Assembly: GCA_964566945.1 (NCBI GenBank)
Contig: CAZMKE010000008.1
Coordinates: 81,222 to 145,221, forward strand
Origin: an uncultured Verrucomicrobiota bacterium
GTDB lineage: Bacteria > Verrucomicrobiota > Verrucomicrobiia > Limisphaerales > SXQI01
Direction: 5' to 3'
Length of the DNA: 64,000 nt
Below, piece after piece: positions 49,244-59,267 of the stretch. The notes beneath the pieces are model-generated. The model was given only the letters and a program-made list of their open reading frames with translations. It did not search any database and was not told where the DNA came from. The first letter of the stretch is position 1; every line of letters begins with the position of its first letter. The translations under genes were made by a program, and so were the position numbers.

Positions 49244-52102
49244 CTATTTCGTGAGGCGGAAGAACTGCGCCGGTCCGGTGCTCAACGGAACGCTGACCGA
49301 GCTGACGCCGTTCTGGGTGGAGACGCTGCCCGAGACAACCTGCCAATTCGCCTTGCTCCCGAGCGCGGGCGAGCCCTGCAATTTGAAGCCCGAGGCGCTG
49401 GAGGACCAGGAGACAACTACCGATGTCCCGTTGACCGCAGCCGCCAGCTTGGGCAAGGCTTCCAAAGAATCAGGACCGGCCGCAAAGTTCGAGGCGACCT
49501 GATCCGGAAGGAGGACTCCGTTCCAGATGCGGAACTCATTGAACTGTCCCTGCAGAATCGCATCAGGCCATTGGGAACGGCCGAGCCAGTTGTTCACGTC
49601 GCTAATGCCGGTGATAGCCACGGGCGCCGTGCTTTGAGCGACCAAAACAGCGTTGCTGTAAAGGCTTGCCACGTTCGCGGTGAAGTCATAGGTCACCGTC
49701 ACCAGGGTCTCGACCCCAGCGGTCAGCGGACCCGGGGCCGTCAAGGGAGACGGTTCCGCGCCCGTAGCCGGATCGCGCACGGAGAAGCGCAGCGCGTTCG
49801 GCCCCTGGGGCGAAAGGAACAGGTAGTTGCCTCCGCCGTTGGAAACATCTTCGCCTCCCGTGGAAGTGCCGAAGTCAAAGATGCGCTGCCATGAACCCGA
49901 TCCCTGCCAGGTGACCCACGTTTCAATCGAGAGATCGGTCAGCGCGCTGATGATCCCGTTGGGCAGCTCGACATAGCCGGCAATCGCGCTGATATCCGCA
50001 TCCGAACCAGTTCCGCCCGGGAGGTTCAAATGACCGGCGCCGTCAAAAGCCGCGCCCGCACCCCGAATGTCGCCATCCGCCGAGCCCACGGAATCCTTCG
50101 CCACCTTGCTGCCGACCGCGTCGCCGAAGCTGTAGCGGTGGACGAGAACCGGCTTCTGCCAACCTGGCGGCGCAGTCACGGTCACGATCAGAGTGTTGGT
50201 CTTGCCGCCAAAGCTGGCGCTAAGCGTGGCAGTCCCCAGGCCGGTTCCAACCACGCTGCCTTGAGCGCTGACCGCGGCAACCTTGGCGTCGCTCGAGCTG
50301 AAGACTACGCCATCGAGGGTCGTCACATTCAGATTGGTGACGTTCGAGTACGTCGCGAGCAACAGCGCCTGCACCGGAAGGCCGCCAAAAAACACTTGGT
50401 TCGTCCCAATGGTCAGTTGCAGCGATTTCAGAGTGCCCGGATTGGAAACAATCGAATCAGGCCCGATCGCCGCATCCACCGCCACTTGCAACGGCGTGAT
50501 CGCGCCACTGTAAATGCGAAATTCATCGATCGAGCCGTTGAAGGCCGGATCATTAAACTGCGATTTACCCAGCCAATCGTTGACGGTCGGACCGAGGTCT
50601 CGCGGCGTCAGGGTCATGCTCGTGTTCACCCCCACGAGCAGGCCATTCACGAAGAGCTTGCCCGTCTGGAACGCGGCGTCCGACGTCCAGACAATGTGAG
50701 TTTTCTGCCCCACCGGAGGACGGGTTCCAGCCCACTCCACCACTTGCTCACCCGCGCCGCCGCCGGTAATCGTGTAGGCCCCGCGAAGATTCCCGGGACC
50801 GGCCGGCAAGGACAGGAACATATATTGAACTCCTCCTCCCTGCTGATCCTCGCCGTTGACGCTATTGCCAAAGTCCCAGATCCGGGCCCAATTCGCACTC
50901 CCTTGATCGGTCACCCAAGCCTCAAAGGTCACCGAGTCCAGATTGGTAAAGAGGTTGTTCGGGAGATCAACATACCCCCCGGTCCCATCCATCACGACTG
51001 CCCCGTCCACGATGGTCGCGCCATCCACCAGCGTGCCATTCGCGGTTCCGGCTGAGTCCGTGGCATCCGTCGTGAAACTGTAACGATGGATCAGCGCCGT
51101 CGCCTGGCCGCTGGTGATATTCACGGCCTGGGTCGCGGTTTTGCCCTGATAGGATACAGTCAAGGTGGCGGCCCCGACGCCCGTGCCTTTGACCACGCCG
51201 TTGGTATCCACGGTAAAAATATTCGTGTTGCTGCTGGCATAGATGACATCCGCCACGCCGGCCAGAGTCACGCCGCTGATTTTCGAAAAATCCGCGATCG
51301 CGGAAGCAGTCGCCGAAGCCCCTTTGATCAGCGGGGATTTGACGGTCACTTTGAGGTTCGTCGGCGCGCCCGGATCGCTTCCCAGCGCGTCCGGGCCAGC
51401 CACAAAGCTTCCGGCGATCTGAATAGCGTTCTGAGCGGTGTCATAAACGCGAAATTCATCGATCGACCCGGTGTAGGGGGCGTCTGGCGCATAGAGCGAT
51501 TGGCCCAACCACGAATGAACGTTGTGAATGGCGCTCAGCTTGAAGAAGGTTCCGAGATCCGAACGGGAGGCGGCGAGCACGCCGTTCGTATACAACCCCA
51601 TGAAATGAGCGTCGGGCTTATAAACGCAGGCGATGTGAATCGGACCGAGATTGTCGAGAACCCCGGGCTGAGTGACCACAAACTCGTGATTGTACCCTGG
51701 ATCAACATCCGAGAAACTCATGCGAAAATCGCCCGAGCCCGAGTGGGGAGTAAACATCAACATGTTACCTCCCGCGCCGGAGCTGTCCCGGTTGCCGAAA
51801 GCATAAAGTTCGCACCAGTTCCCATTGGCGCCGGGCGAAATCCAAAATTCCACGGTGAGCGAAGTGTAATTGCTGACCATTCCAGGCGGCAGGTCAATAA
51901 AGCTGCCGGAATTCCCATCAAATACAGCTTGCCCGCCCGAGACGGTGACGCCGCCCTGGACCGTGCCATTGGCAGTGCCCACCGAATCGTTGGCATCCGA
52001 CGTAAAACTGTAGCGATGCGTGAGATCAGCGCGCGACGGAAGAACCATCGCCAGCGCCGCCATGCATGCCAGAAGCGGCAAAAAGACAGGTTTCATTTTC
52101 AT
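49244..52102 (-). CDS. large secreted protein: three LamG (Laminin_G_3) modules, the first two each followed by a Big_2 Ig-like domain, plus a C-terminal FFRL-tail domain
   Basis: The ATG at 52102 follows AAGGAGAG and gives the signal peptide MKMKPVFLPLLACMAALAMVLPSRA. There are three LamG openings, L[TIV]HRYSF. The Big_2 blocks are VKGTGVGAATLTVSYQGKTAT and VVGTGLGTATLSASFGGKTNT. The protein ends ...GPAQFFRLTK. Confidence 0.85.
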   Translation of the reverse strand: MKMKPVFLPLLACMAALAMVLPSRADLTHRYSFTSDANDSVGTANGTVQGGVTVSGGQAVFDGNSGSFIDLPPGMVSNYTSLTVEFWISPGANGNWCELYAFGNRDSSGAGGNMLMFTPHSGSGDFRMSFSDVDPGYNHEFVVTQPGVLDNLGPIHIACVYKPDAHFMGLYTNGVLAASRSDLGTFFKLSAIHNVHSWLGQSLYAPDAPYTGSIDEFRVYDTAQNAIQIAGSFVAGPDALGSDPGAPTNLKVTVKSPLIKGASATASAIADFSKISGVTLAGVADVIYASSNTNIFTVDTNGVVKGTGVGAATLTVSYQGKTATQAVNITSGQATALIHRYSFTTDATDSAGTANGTLVDGATIVDGAVVMDGTGGYVDLPNNLFTNLDSVTFEAWVTDQGSANWARIWDFGNSVNGEDQQGGGVQYMFLSLPAGPGNLRGAYTITGGGAGEQVVEWAGTRPPVGQKTHIVWTSDAAFQTGKLFVNGLLVGVNTSMTLTPRDLGPTVNDWLGKSQFNDPAFNGSIDEFRIYSGAITPLQVAVDAAIGPDSIVSNPGTLKSLQLTIGTNQVFFGGLPVQALLLATYSNVTNLNVTTLDGVVFSSSDAKVAAVSAQGSVVGTGLGTATLSASFGGKTNTLIVTVTAPPGWQKPVLVHRYSFGDAVGSKVAKDSVGSADGDIRGAGAAFDGAGHLNLPGGTGSDADISAIAGYVELPNGIISALTDLSIETWVTWQGSGSWQRIFDFGTSTGGEDVSNGGGNYLFLSPQGPNALRFSVRDPATGAEPSPLTAPGPLTAGVETLVTVTYDFTANVASLYSNAVLVAQSTAPVAITGISDVNNWLGRSQWPDAILQGQFNEFRIWNGVLLPDQVASNFAAGPDSLEALPKLAAAVNGTSVVVSWSSSASGFKLQGSPALGSKANWQVVSGSVSTQNGVSSVSVPLSTGPAQFFRLTK

Positions 52103-52360
52103 ATTTAATTCTCTCCTTCTCGAGCTTTGGATAGAAACCAAAAAACACGCGTGCCTTAAGTTGCAACAAATGCTGCAACGCCTTGGCGACCGCGTGCTAA
52201 CTCGAGATTGATTAGGTGGCTTTAGGCCAGTGTGGGAAAGCGGTCAATCCTAAAAGGAACTCATCCGGCTTTCTCCGATTCCCATTGCTTGACCGGACGT
52301 TCGCAAAAAATGCGAGCAACGGGAGCAGCCAGAGGGCGCGATGAAGCATAGTTCAACCCG

Positions 52361-53683
52361 TCAACAGCCTTCCGGCCTCCCTCCGGCGCCGAGGGCAGAG
52401 GAGCCCGCGGCCGAATTGGCAGGGCGCGCGCCGCTCCGCGCTGCGTGCTCCGGCCAGCTAAACGCCAGGAGGGCGGCCCAGAGCGGCAAGGTTCCAGCCA
52501 GGAGCAAAGCGGGCGCGAATTTTCCCATGGGCTGGTGGTGAGTATCCGCGTAACGGCCGATCAACGGATGCAGCTTCGAGTTGATAAACCAGACAAAAGC
52601 GGCGATCAGGCCGAGGCACTTGGAGGTATGGGCGGGGGAAATATCCTGAACGAAGCAATAGAACATTGCAAAGACGCCCATGATCCCGGCGCCGACGAGG
52701 CAGTATAGGACCATCATCGTTTCGCGGCCAAGGTTGATCAACATGGGAGTGCCCAGCAGGCACATGGCAGCCGCCAGCAGCAGCACCCATTTCCGCACGC
52801 GTTCAATGGGACGACTCGGAGAAACCCATTTGCGCGCGAGCCACCCGAGCACAATGCTGCCGAGATCCGCGGTGAGATAAAAAGCGATGAGAAGATATTG
52901 CAGCTGCTGATCGGTGAAATGCAGATCAACCACCAGATGGCGCGGCAGCCAGACCCGATAAAGATGCCAGGCCATGTTCACCGCGGTCCCAACCGCCAGC
53001 GTGATCCAAAAGGTGCGGAGCAGAAACACCTGCCGGAACGGCATGGGCGCCACCGCCATCTGCTCGGCGCGCGACATCTCTGCGGCTCGCTCGCCCCGAG
53101 TGGTCCAGAGCCAGATCAGCACCCAGATGGACCCGGCCGCCCCAACCAACACAAACAAGCGCCTCCATCCTTCGCCGTGCGGTCCAACAAACAGCAGCAC
53201 CAGGACCGGAGTTAACACCGCGCCAAAAGTCATGCCGCTGTTGAACACGCCATTGGCGAACGGCTGCGCTTCCCGCGGAATGATTCTCCGGACAATTCCC
53301 ACGGCCACCGGCCAGTTGAAAGCTTCGCCGGCGCCCAGAACGGCGCGGCACAGTTGCAGTTGAAACAGCGTTTGGGCAAACCCGGTGGCGAAACCCGCCG
53401 CGGACCAGACCAGCAGCGCCGCGCAGTAAAGCCAGCGCAGGTCGCAACGATCCGCCATGAATCCCGCCAGAATCAGGAACACCGCGAAGGTGTAGCCGAA
53501 CACGGCTTCCAAAGTGCCGTAGCCCTCTTCATTCAAATGAAAATCGGCCTTGATGAACGTGGCCATGGATCCCAGCGTCTGCCGATCCATATAGTTCACG
53601 ACCGTCGCCAGAAGCATCATGACAACGACCCACCATTTCCAGGCAGGAACAGCACTCTTCATCCGCGGCGCAGACAAACTCAT
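52361..53683 (-). CDS. MFS transporter (anion:cation symporter/ACS-like, hexuronate-type)
   Basis: It has 12 predicted TM helices. The N-terminal block WKWWVVVMMLLATVVNYMDRQTLG is typical of ACS-family MFS proteins. Confidence 0.8.
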   Translation of the reverse strand: MSLSAPRMKSAVPAWKWWVVVMMLLATVVNYMDRQTLGSMATFIKADFHLNEEGYGTLEAVFGYTFAVFLILAGFMADRCDLRWLYCAALLVWSAAGFATGFAQTLFQLQLCRAVLGAGEAFNWPVAVGIVRRIIPREAQPFANGVFNSGMTFGAVLTPVLVLLFVGPHGEGWRRLFVLVGAAGSIWVLIWLWTTRGERAAEMSRAEQMAVAPMPFRQVFLLRTFWITLAVGTAVNMAWHLYRVWLPRHLVVDLHFTDQQLQYLLIAFYLTADLGSIVLGWLARKWVSPSRPIERVRKWVLLLAAAMCLLGTPMLINLGRETMMVLYCLVGAGIMGVFAMFYCFVQDISPAHTSKCLGLIAAFVWFINSKLHPLIGRYADTHHQPMGKFAPALLLAGTLPLWAALLAFSWPEHAARSGARPANSAAGSSALGAGGRPEGC

Positions 53684-53821
53684 GGGATGAGACGCAGAGT
53701 GGCACGAAACTCACGCCAGCGCGATAGCGAACTCGCAGCAGCGCATTCGGGCGATTCGCGCCGCCCCTTCCTTAATTCTCGTAGACACTCGTCCGGACCG
53801 CCGCAATATTGATCGCCGCAC

Positions 53822-55222
53822 ATGAGTAAAAACTCGCCAGTCTCTCGAAGCGGCCGATTCAGCAGCGGACCGGAAGCGGACGTTGCGCGCTTTACGGAAT
53901 CGATTTCCTTCGATTGGCGCCTTTGGGAACATGACATCCGGGGGTCGATCGCTCACGCCAGGATGCTGCGCAAAATCGGCGTGCTGAGCGCGCCCGAACT
54001 CAAAGACATCGTCAAGGGCCTGAATGAGATCGCCGAGGAAATCCGCGGCGGAAGCTTTTCCTGGAACCAGGATCTCGAAGATGTGCACATGAACATCGAG
54101 GCGGCCCTCACCCGCCGCTATCCGGCCGGCGCCAAGCTGCACACCGCCCGGTCGCGCAACGATCAGGTGGCCCTGGATGTCCGACTGTGGCTGCGTGACC
54201 AAATCAACGCGTTGCGCGGGGAAATCCGGAGCCTCCAAAAGGAATTCATCGGCCTGGCCCGGCGCAGCGGCGAAGTCCTGATTCCCGGTTATACCCATCT
54301 GCAGCGGGCGCAGCCGGTTTACTTCGCGCATCATTTGCTCGCCTACGTGGAAATGCTCGCCCGGGACGACAGCCGGATGGCCGATTGCCTGGAGCGCTTC
54401 AATGTTTGCCCGCTCGGCAGCGGCGCGATCGCGGGCACGACCTTGCCGATCGACCGGGAGTTTGTGGCGCTTGAACTCGGCTTTGCCGATGCCCGAGGCA
54501 GAGCCCGCGTCACGCAGAACTCGATGGACGCGGTGAGCGACCGCGATTTCGCGCTCGAGTTTTGCAGCGCGGCGGCCATTCTCGCGGTTCACCTCTCACG
54601 CCTGGCGGAAGATCTCATCCTGTGGGCGGCGAGCGAGTTCAGCTTCATTCGCATTGCCGATGCCTACACTACCGGCTCGTCGCTCATGCCGCAGAAGAAG
54701 AACCCGGACATCGCGGAACTCACGCGCGGCAAATCGGGCCGGGTAGTGGGAGATTTGATGGCGCTTCTGACGCTCGTCAAGGGCCTGCCCATGACCTACA
54801 ACCGCGATCTGCAGGAGGATAAGGAGCGGCTTTTTGACGCGGTTGATACGGTGCGCGGGACGGTGCGGATCGTGGCTGCCATGCTCCGGCATACCGAAGT
54901 GAATCCAAAAGCCTGCGCAACGGCAGCGGCCGACAGTTCGCTGCTGGCCACGGACCTGGCGGATTACCTGGTCCGGAAGGGCATGCCTTTCCGCCAGGCG
55001 CATCACGTCGTCGGGGCGGTGGTGGCGCACGCGGAAAAAGCGGGCAAGAAACTCCACGAACTCAGCGCAGCGGAATTCCACGCAATCGACCCTCATTTTA
55101 CAACGGATATCCTCAATCTGTTCAATCTCAACAAAGCGATGGTCCATCGCAACTTGATCGGCGCGCCCGGCCCGCGGCAAGTAAAGGCCCAACTTGCCCG
55201 CTGGACGAAACTGCTCGTCTGA
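53822..55222 (+). CDS. argH: argininosuccinate lyase
   Basis: It has the blocks DIRGSIAHARML, TARSRNDQV, GYTHLQRAQP and the fumarate-lyase signature GSSLMPQKKNPD. Confidence 0.95.
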   Translation: MSKNSPVSRSGRFSSGPEADVARFTESISFDWRLWEHDIRGSIAHARMLRKIGVLSAPELKDIVKGLNEIAEEIRGGSFSWNQDLEDVHMNIEAALTRRYPAGAKLHTARSRNDQVALDVRLWLRDQINALRGEIRSLQKEFIGLARRSGEVLIPGYTHLQRAQPVYFAHHLLAYVEMLARDDSRMADCLERFNVCPLGSGAIAGTTLPIDREFVALELGFADARGRARVTQNSMDAVSDRDFALEFCSAAAILAVHLSRLAEDLILWAASEFSFIRIADAYTTGSSLMPQKKNPDIAELTRGKSGRVVGDLMALLTLVKGLPMTYNRDLQEDKERLFDAVDTVRGTVRIVAAMLRHTEVNPKACATAAADSSLLATDLADYLVRKGMPFRQAHHVVGAVVAHAEKAGKKLHELSAAEFHAIDPHFTTDILNLFNLNKAMVHRNLIGAPGPRQVKAQLARWTKLLV

Positions 55223-55225
55223 GCC

Positions 55226-56260
55226 GTGGACAGCGCGCCCTCATCTCCCTGCGCCCAGCCCCCTCTCTTGCGGGATCTGTTGCGGGACGTTTCGCGCTCG
55301 TTCTACCTCACTCTCCGGGTCTTGCCGCAGCCCGTCCGCGAACAGATCGGCCTCGCCTACCTGCTCGCCCGCGCCACGGACACCATCGCGGATACCGGCG
55401 CGGTTCCTCTGGAAGAACGGATCTCCGCTCTGCACGAACTGCGCGGGCGGATTCTCGCGCCGCAAGCCAGCCCATTTATCCTCGCCAACCTCAGGGCGCA
55501 ACAGAGTTCCCCCGCTGAACGGATCCTGCTCGAGCGAATCAACGAAGCTCTGGATCTGCTCTTTCGCTTGAGCCCATCGGATCGGGAGCTGGTTCAGCGC
55601 GTCCTCGCCATCATCACGGATGGACAGGAACTTGATCTCCGGCGCTTCGGACAAGCAACCGCGAAATCAATTGTGCCTCTCAGTTCCGACGCGGAGCTGG
55701 ATGACTATGCTTATCGCGTGGCGGGTTGCGTGGGGGAATTCTGGACCCGAATGTGCGTGGCTCACCTGCGTCCGAAGCCCGCGCGCGATCTCGAAACGCT
55801 GGTGCAACGCGGCATCCGCTTCGGCAAAGGGCTGCAACTGGTCAATATCCTCCGCGACCTGCCCGCTGATTTGCGCAACGGCCGGTGTTATCTCCCGTGG
55901 CCCGCTCTTCAACTGATTGGGCTGACACCCTCCGATTTGCTCGAACCGGCGAACGCTGGCCGCCTGCGCCCGCTTTACAACCAATGGCTGGAGACGGCGC
56001 AAGAGCATCTCCGGGTCGCGTGGAGTTACGTCCTGGACCTTCCCCGAAGCTGGTGGCGAGTGCGGCTGGCCTGCGCCTGGCCGGTGCTGATTGGCGTGCG
56101 CACTCTCGCCCTGCTCGAAAGTGGGAACGTGCTTGCGCCCGACAGCCGGATCAAAGTTCCCCGGCCGGAGATCAAGAGAATCATCCGTCAAAGCATCGTG
56201 CTTTACCCCTTTCATTCCCGGTGGAATCGACTGCCGGAATGGGCGGAACGCGGCATGTGA
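55226..56260 (+). CDS. squalene/phytoene synthase family protein (HpnC/HpnD-like)
   Basis: It has the blocks SRSFYLTLRVLP, YLLARATDTIAD (first Asp-rich region), YAYRVAGCVGEF and LVNILRDLPADLRNGRCYLP. It uses a GTG start 3 nt after the argH stop. Confidence 0.78.
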   Translation: MDSAPSSPCAQPPLLRDLLRDVSRSFYLTLRVLPQPVREQIGLAYLLARATDTIADTGAVPLEERISALHELRGRILAPQASPFILANLRAQQSSPAERILLERINEALDLLFRLSPSDRELVQRVLAIITDGQELDLRRFGQATAKSIVPLSSDAELDDYAYRVAGCVGEFWTRMCVAHLRPKPARDLETLVQRGIRFGKGLQLVNILRDLPADLRNGRCYLPWPALQLIGLTPSDLLEPANAGRLRPLYNQWLETAQEHLRVAWSYVLDLPRSWWRVRLACAWPVLIGVRTLALLESGNVLAPDSRIKVPRPEIKRIIRQSIVLYPFHSRWNRLPEWAERGM

Positions 56261-56369
56261 AATCTGAAGGGATTTCGCCCGAAAAATTGCGCGGCATTTT
56301 CGCGGTCTGGCATGCAGATAGCTTGACTCATTGTTGAGTTGTGGAATGATCCCGTCGCAAGATAGTTCT

Positions 56370-56786
56370 ATGCCCAAGAAAGAGGCTTCCAGAAAACACC
56401 TGACACGGCAGGAGAGGCGCGACCTGGATATTGAAATTGGGTTTTTAGAGGGGATAGTTCAACGCGATCCAGCCTACGTCGACGCTCTTCAGCTTCTCGG
56501 GGACGATTACACGAAACGCGGCAAGTTCCTCTCTGGGTTGGAGATTGACCAGAAGCTCTCCGGGCTCCGACCTCAGGACCCGCTGGTCTTTTACAATCTG
56601 GCTTGCAGTTTGTGCCTAACCCAGAACTTTAAGGAATCCGCGGAAGCGCTTGAGCAGGCCCTCGATTTGGGCTATCGCGATTTCAAGTGGCTCGCGGAAG
56701 ACCCGGACTTGGAGGACTTGCGCAAGCAGGCGGTTTACCGTCGCATCCGGGCAAAATTGCGCCAAATGAAGGTCCGGACCCGGTAG
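56370..56786 (+). CDS. TPR-like small protein (hypothetical)
   Basis: The ATG at 56370 gives MPKKEASRK. The segments YVDALQLLGDDYTKRGKF and LVFYNLACSLCLTQNFKESAEALEQAL are TPR-like. Confidence 0.5.
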   Translation: MPKKEASRKHLTRQERRDLDIEIGFLEGIVQRDPAYVDALQLLGDDYTKRGKFLSGLEIDQKLSGLRPQDPLVFYNLACSLCLTQNFKESAEALEQALDLGYRDFKWLAEDPDLEDLRKQAVYRRIRAKLRQMKVRTR

Positions 56787-56893
56787 TTTTGGCTCTCCTC
56801 AGGGAATCTCAGGGGTAATAAAGGATAAAGCGCCGTAGAAGTGAAGTTGCAACTCCGCGAGGCGTCCCTAATGATCGCGGCGGTTTTTTGTTC

Positions 56894-58006
56894 ATGAAAG
56901 TCACGCTGGAAGGTCAGACTAAACAGTATCGCACGGTTTCCTTCGACCACGTTGCCAACGAGGTTATCCTGATCGAGCAACGCCTTCTCCCCCATTCATT
57001 TCAAATCATCCGAACGCCGGATTTCGAACAGACCGCCCAGGCCATTCGAGACATGATTGTTCGCGGGGCAGGCGCGATCGGCGCCACCGCCGCGTTTGGC
57101 CTCGCCCAGGGGGTGCGCGCCTTCCGCGGAGCGGATCCGGACGCCTTCGAGCAGCACGCCGAAACGGTCTACCAGGCCCTGAAGAACGCGCGGCCAACTG
57201 CGGTCGACCCGGTGAACGCCATGGACGCCATCCGCCAGCGGATGAAGGCCGGCCGAAACGTGAGCGAAAAACAGCGGATCGCTCTGAGCGAAGCCGAAGC
57301 GTTTGCGGACGAGGACGTAAAGCATTGCCGTGCGATTGGAGAACATGGCGTCCACCTGATTCGCGAAGGCGCGCGAGTCCTGACTCACTGCAACGCAGGC
57401 TGGCTGGCCTTTGTCGACATCGGCTCCGCGACCGCGCCGCTCTACGCAGCCCACAATGCCGGGCGCAAATTTCATGTCTTGTGCAGCGAAACCCGGCCGC
57501 GCTCCCAGGGCGCTTCACTGACCGCCTGGGAACTCGCCCAGGAAGGGGTCTCTCACCAGGTGATCAGTGACAACGCCGCCGGCCATCTGATGCAGCGTGG
57601 CCAGGTAGACCTGGTGATCGTGGGAGCGGACCGGGTGCTGGCACAAACCGGCGATGTGGCCAACAAGATCGGCACGTACACCCGGGCGGTTCTGGCTCAG
57701 CGGCATGACATTCCCTTTTACGTGGCCATTCCGCTGAGCACGATTGACTGGCAGCTCGCCAGCGGGTTTGAGATCCCGATTGAAGAAAGGGACGAGGACG
57801 AAGTGCTTGGGGCCTGGGGTGCAACCAAAACTGGCGCGCGCGAATATGTGCGGACCGCAAATCCCTCCAGCCATGCGCTCAACCCAGGATTTGATGTCAC
57901 TCCCGCCGATCTGATCACCGGGATCATTACGCCGGCGGGCGTCTTCAAGCCGCGCGAGTTGATGAAAAACCGGGCGCGGCTCGAGGCGGCCGCGGAACAT
58001 TTCTAG
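56894..58006 (+). CDS. mtnA: S-methyl-5-thioribose-1-phosphate isomerase
   Basis: It belongs to the eIF-2B alpha/beta/delta-like family, with VRGAGAIGATAAFGLA, THCNAG, ETRPRSQGA and VGADRVLAQTGDVANKIGTY. Confidence 0.9.
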   Translation: MKVTLEGQTKQYRTVSFDHVANEVILIEQRLLPHSFQIIRTPDFEQTAQAIRDMIVRGAGAIGATAAFGLAQGVRAFRGADPDAFEQHAETVYQALKNARPTAVDPVNAMDAIRQRMKAGRNVSEKQRIALSEAEAFADEDVKHCRAIGEHGVHLIREGARVLTHCNAGWLAFVDIGSATAPLYAAHNAGRKFHVLCSETRPRSQGASLTAWELAQEGVSHQVISDNAAGHLMQRGQVDLVIVGADRVLAQTGDVANKIGTYTRAVLAQRHDIPFYVAIPLSTIDWQLASGFEIPIEERDEDEVLGAWGATKTGAREYVRTANPSSHALNPGFDVTPADLITGIITPAGVFKPRELMKNRARLEAAAEHF

Positions 58007-58010
58007 GCCG

Positions 58011-58568
58011 TCACAAAGCGGCCGCCACCGATCGGGGCGGAGCTTCCTTGCGCCACTGTTGCAGCGCCATCTGAAAAAGCTGACGAGCATCAGCCCGGGC
58101 GCTGGCGCAGACCAGCTGGTTGTTGGTCAGGACAAGCACGCTCGCCGAAACGTCCTTTGTGGAATTCATATTGCGAGGAACATAAACCGCCACCAACTGA
58201 TCGCGCTGGACGACCCCAACCAACCGTTCGCATCCCCGAGCGGTCATCGCCTCATCCGCATCCGCCAGAATCGTGGCCAGCGAATGCCGGCGTTCGTGCA
58301 CTTCATAAACCGCGCACTCCAGGTGCTTCACCGAAGAAAGAGCCTCCCGCGCCTCCGGAGGAATATCGACATATTGCGTCACCATCTTCGCGAGCCCGAT
58401 GGTAAAGAACCCCGCGCCCACCTCCACTTTTTGATCGGCGCGGGCGAATCCGCCATCCAGCACGGTGTCTCGCAGAATTCGAGCCTCCGAACCCACCCGG
58501 AAACAACCAGTCCCGAGCAGAGGGAGGAGCAGCAGGGCGCAGAGCGCAATCCATCTCCAGCGTTTCAT
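58011..58568 (-). CDS. hypothetical lipoprotein (possibly DUF4252-related)
   Basis: It has the signal/lipobox MKRWRWIALCALLLLPLLGTGC. It follows the DUF4252 gene on the same strand. Confidence 0.5.
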   Translation of the reverse strand: MKRWRWIALCALLLLPLLGTGCFRVGSEARILRDTVLDGGFARADQKVEVGAGFFTIGLAKMVTQYVDIPPEAREALSSVKHLECAVYEVHERRHSLATILADADEAMTARGCERLVGVVQRDQLVAVYVPRNMNSTKDVSASVLVLTNNQLVCASARADARQLFQMALQQWRKEAPPRSVAAAL

Positions 58569-58633
58569 AACAGGGAAAGCTTTGCGAGGGGCGCCCGCCC
58601 GGCTCTCCCGGGGCGGCCCCCTCGGTTGCGCAA

Positions 58634-59185
58634 CTATTTCTCCGTGGCCGGCTTGCCCGGCAGATGTTTCAGAGGCTCAATATTGAAGCGTTCTCCGAGG
58701 AGGCTGAGCTTTTCCGGACGAATGTCGCCCACCACGTTGACAAACACTGCGTGCCCCCTGCCCTCCATGACCGTCACCACCAACCCCTCCACCACTTCAG
58801 GACCGCGGGTCTTCATGTAAACACCGACGTCGTCTTTTCCGTTCATCACAGCCACAACTCGATCCCAACCCGTATCGTCCAGCTTCGTCCGCAGAGATTG
58901 CATCCGGGTCTGGACCTCATCCCGATTCGCCTGATTCACGCCTAACACATTGACGCGGATGCCTTTCAACCCTTTGAGAACTTCAGCCACTTCCGGCTCA
59001 TCTTTCGCAAAGTTCGTCACCATCGCGATCAAGTTGGCGTTGACGTTCACTTCGACAAATTCGGCGCCCGGGCTGGGCGAAAACTTGCCAAAATCAACCG
59101 CCCCGGGCGCCGGGCTGGCCGCCTGGATGGCAACGGCAAAAGAGGTTGTCGCGGCAACTGCTGCTATTTGGAGGAATCGTTTCAT
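58634..59185 (-). CDS. DUF4252 domain-containing protein
   Basis: The ATG at 59185 gives the signal peptide MKRFLQIAAVAATTSFAVAIQA. The blocks FVEVNVNANLIAMV...LKGLKGIRVNVL...VYMKTRG...VEGLVVTVMEG fit the DUF4252 pattern. Confidence 0.65.
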   Translation of the reverse strand: MKRFLQIAAVAATTSFAVAIQAASPAPGAVDFGKFSPSPGAEFVEVNVNANLIAMVTNFAKDEPEVAEVLKGLKGIRVNVLGVNQANRDEVQTRMQSLRTKLDDTGWDRVVAVMNGKDDVGVYMKTRGPEVVEGLVVTVMEGRGHAVFVNVVGDIRPEKLSLLGERFNIEPLKHLPGKPATEK

Positions 59186-59267
59186 AACCTGAGTGTTTTT
59201 CGGGCAACCGCCCGTGTCTCCAATACACAGCAGCCGGGACGGAAGTTTCACCCGGGGCCCGTCGGCG

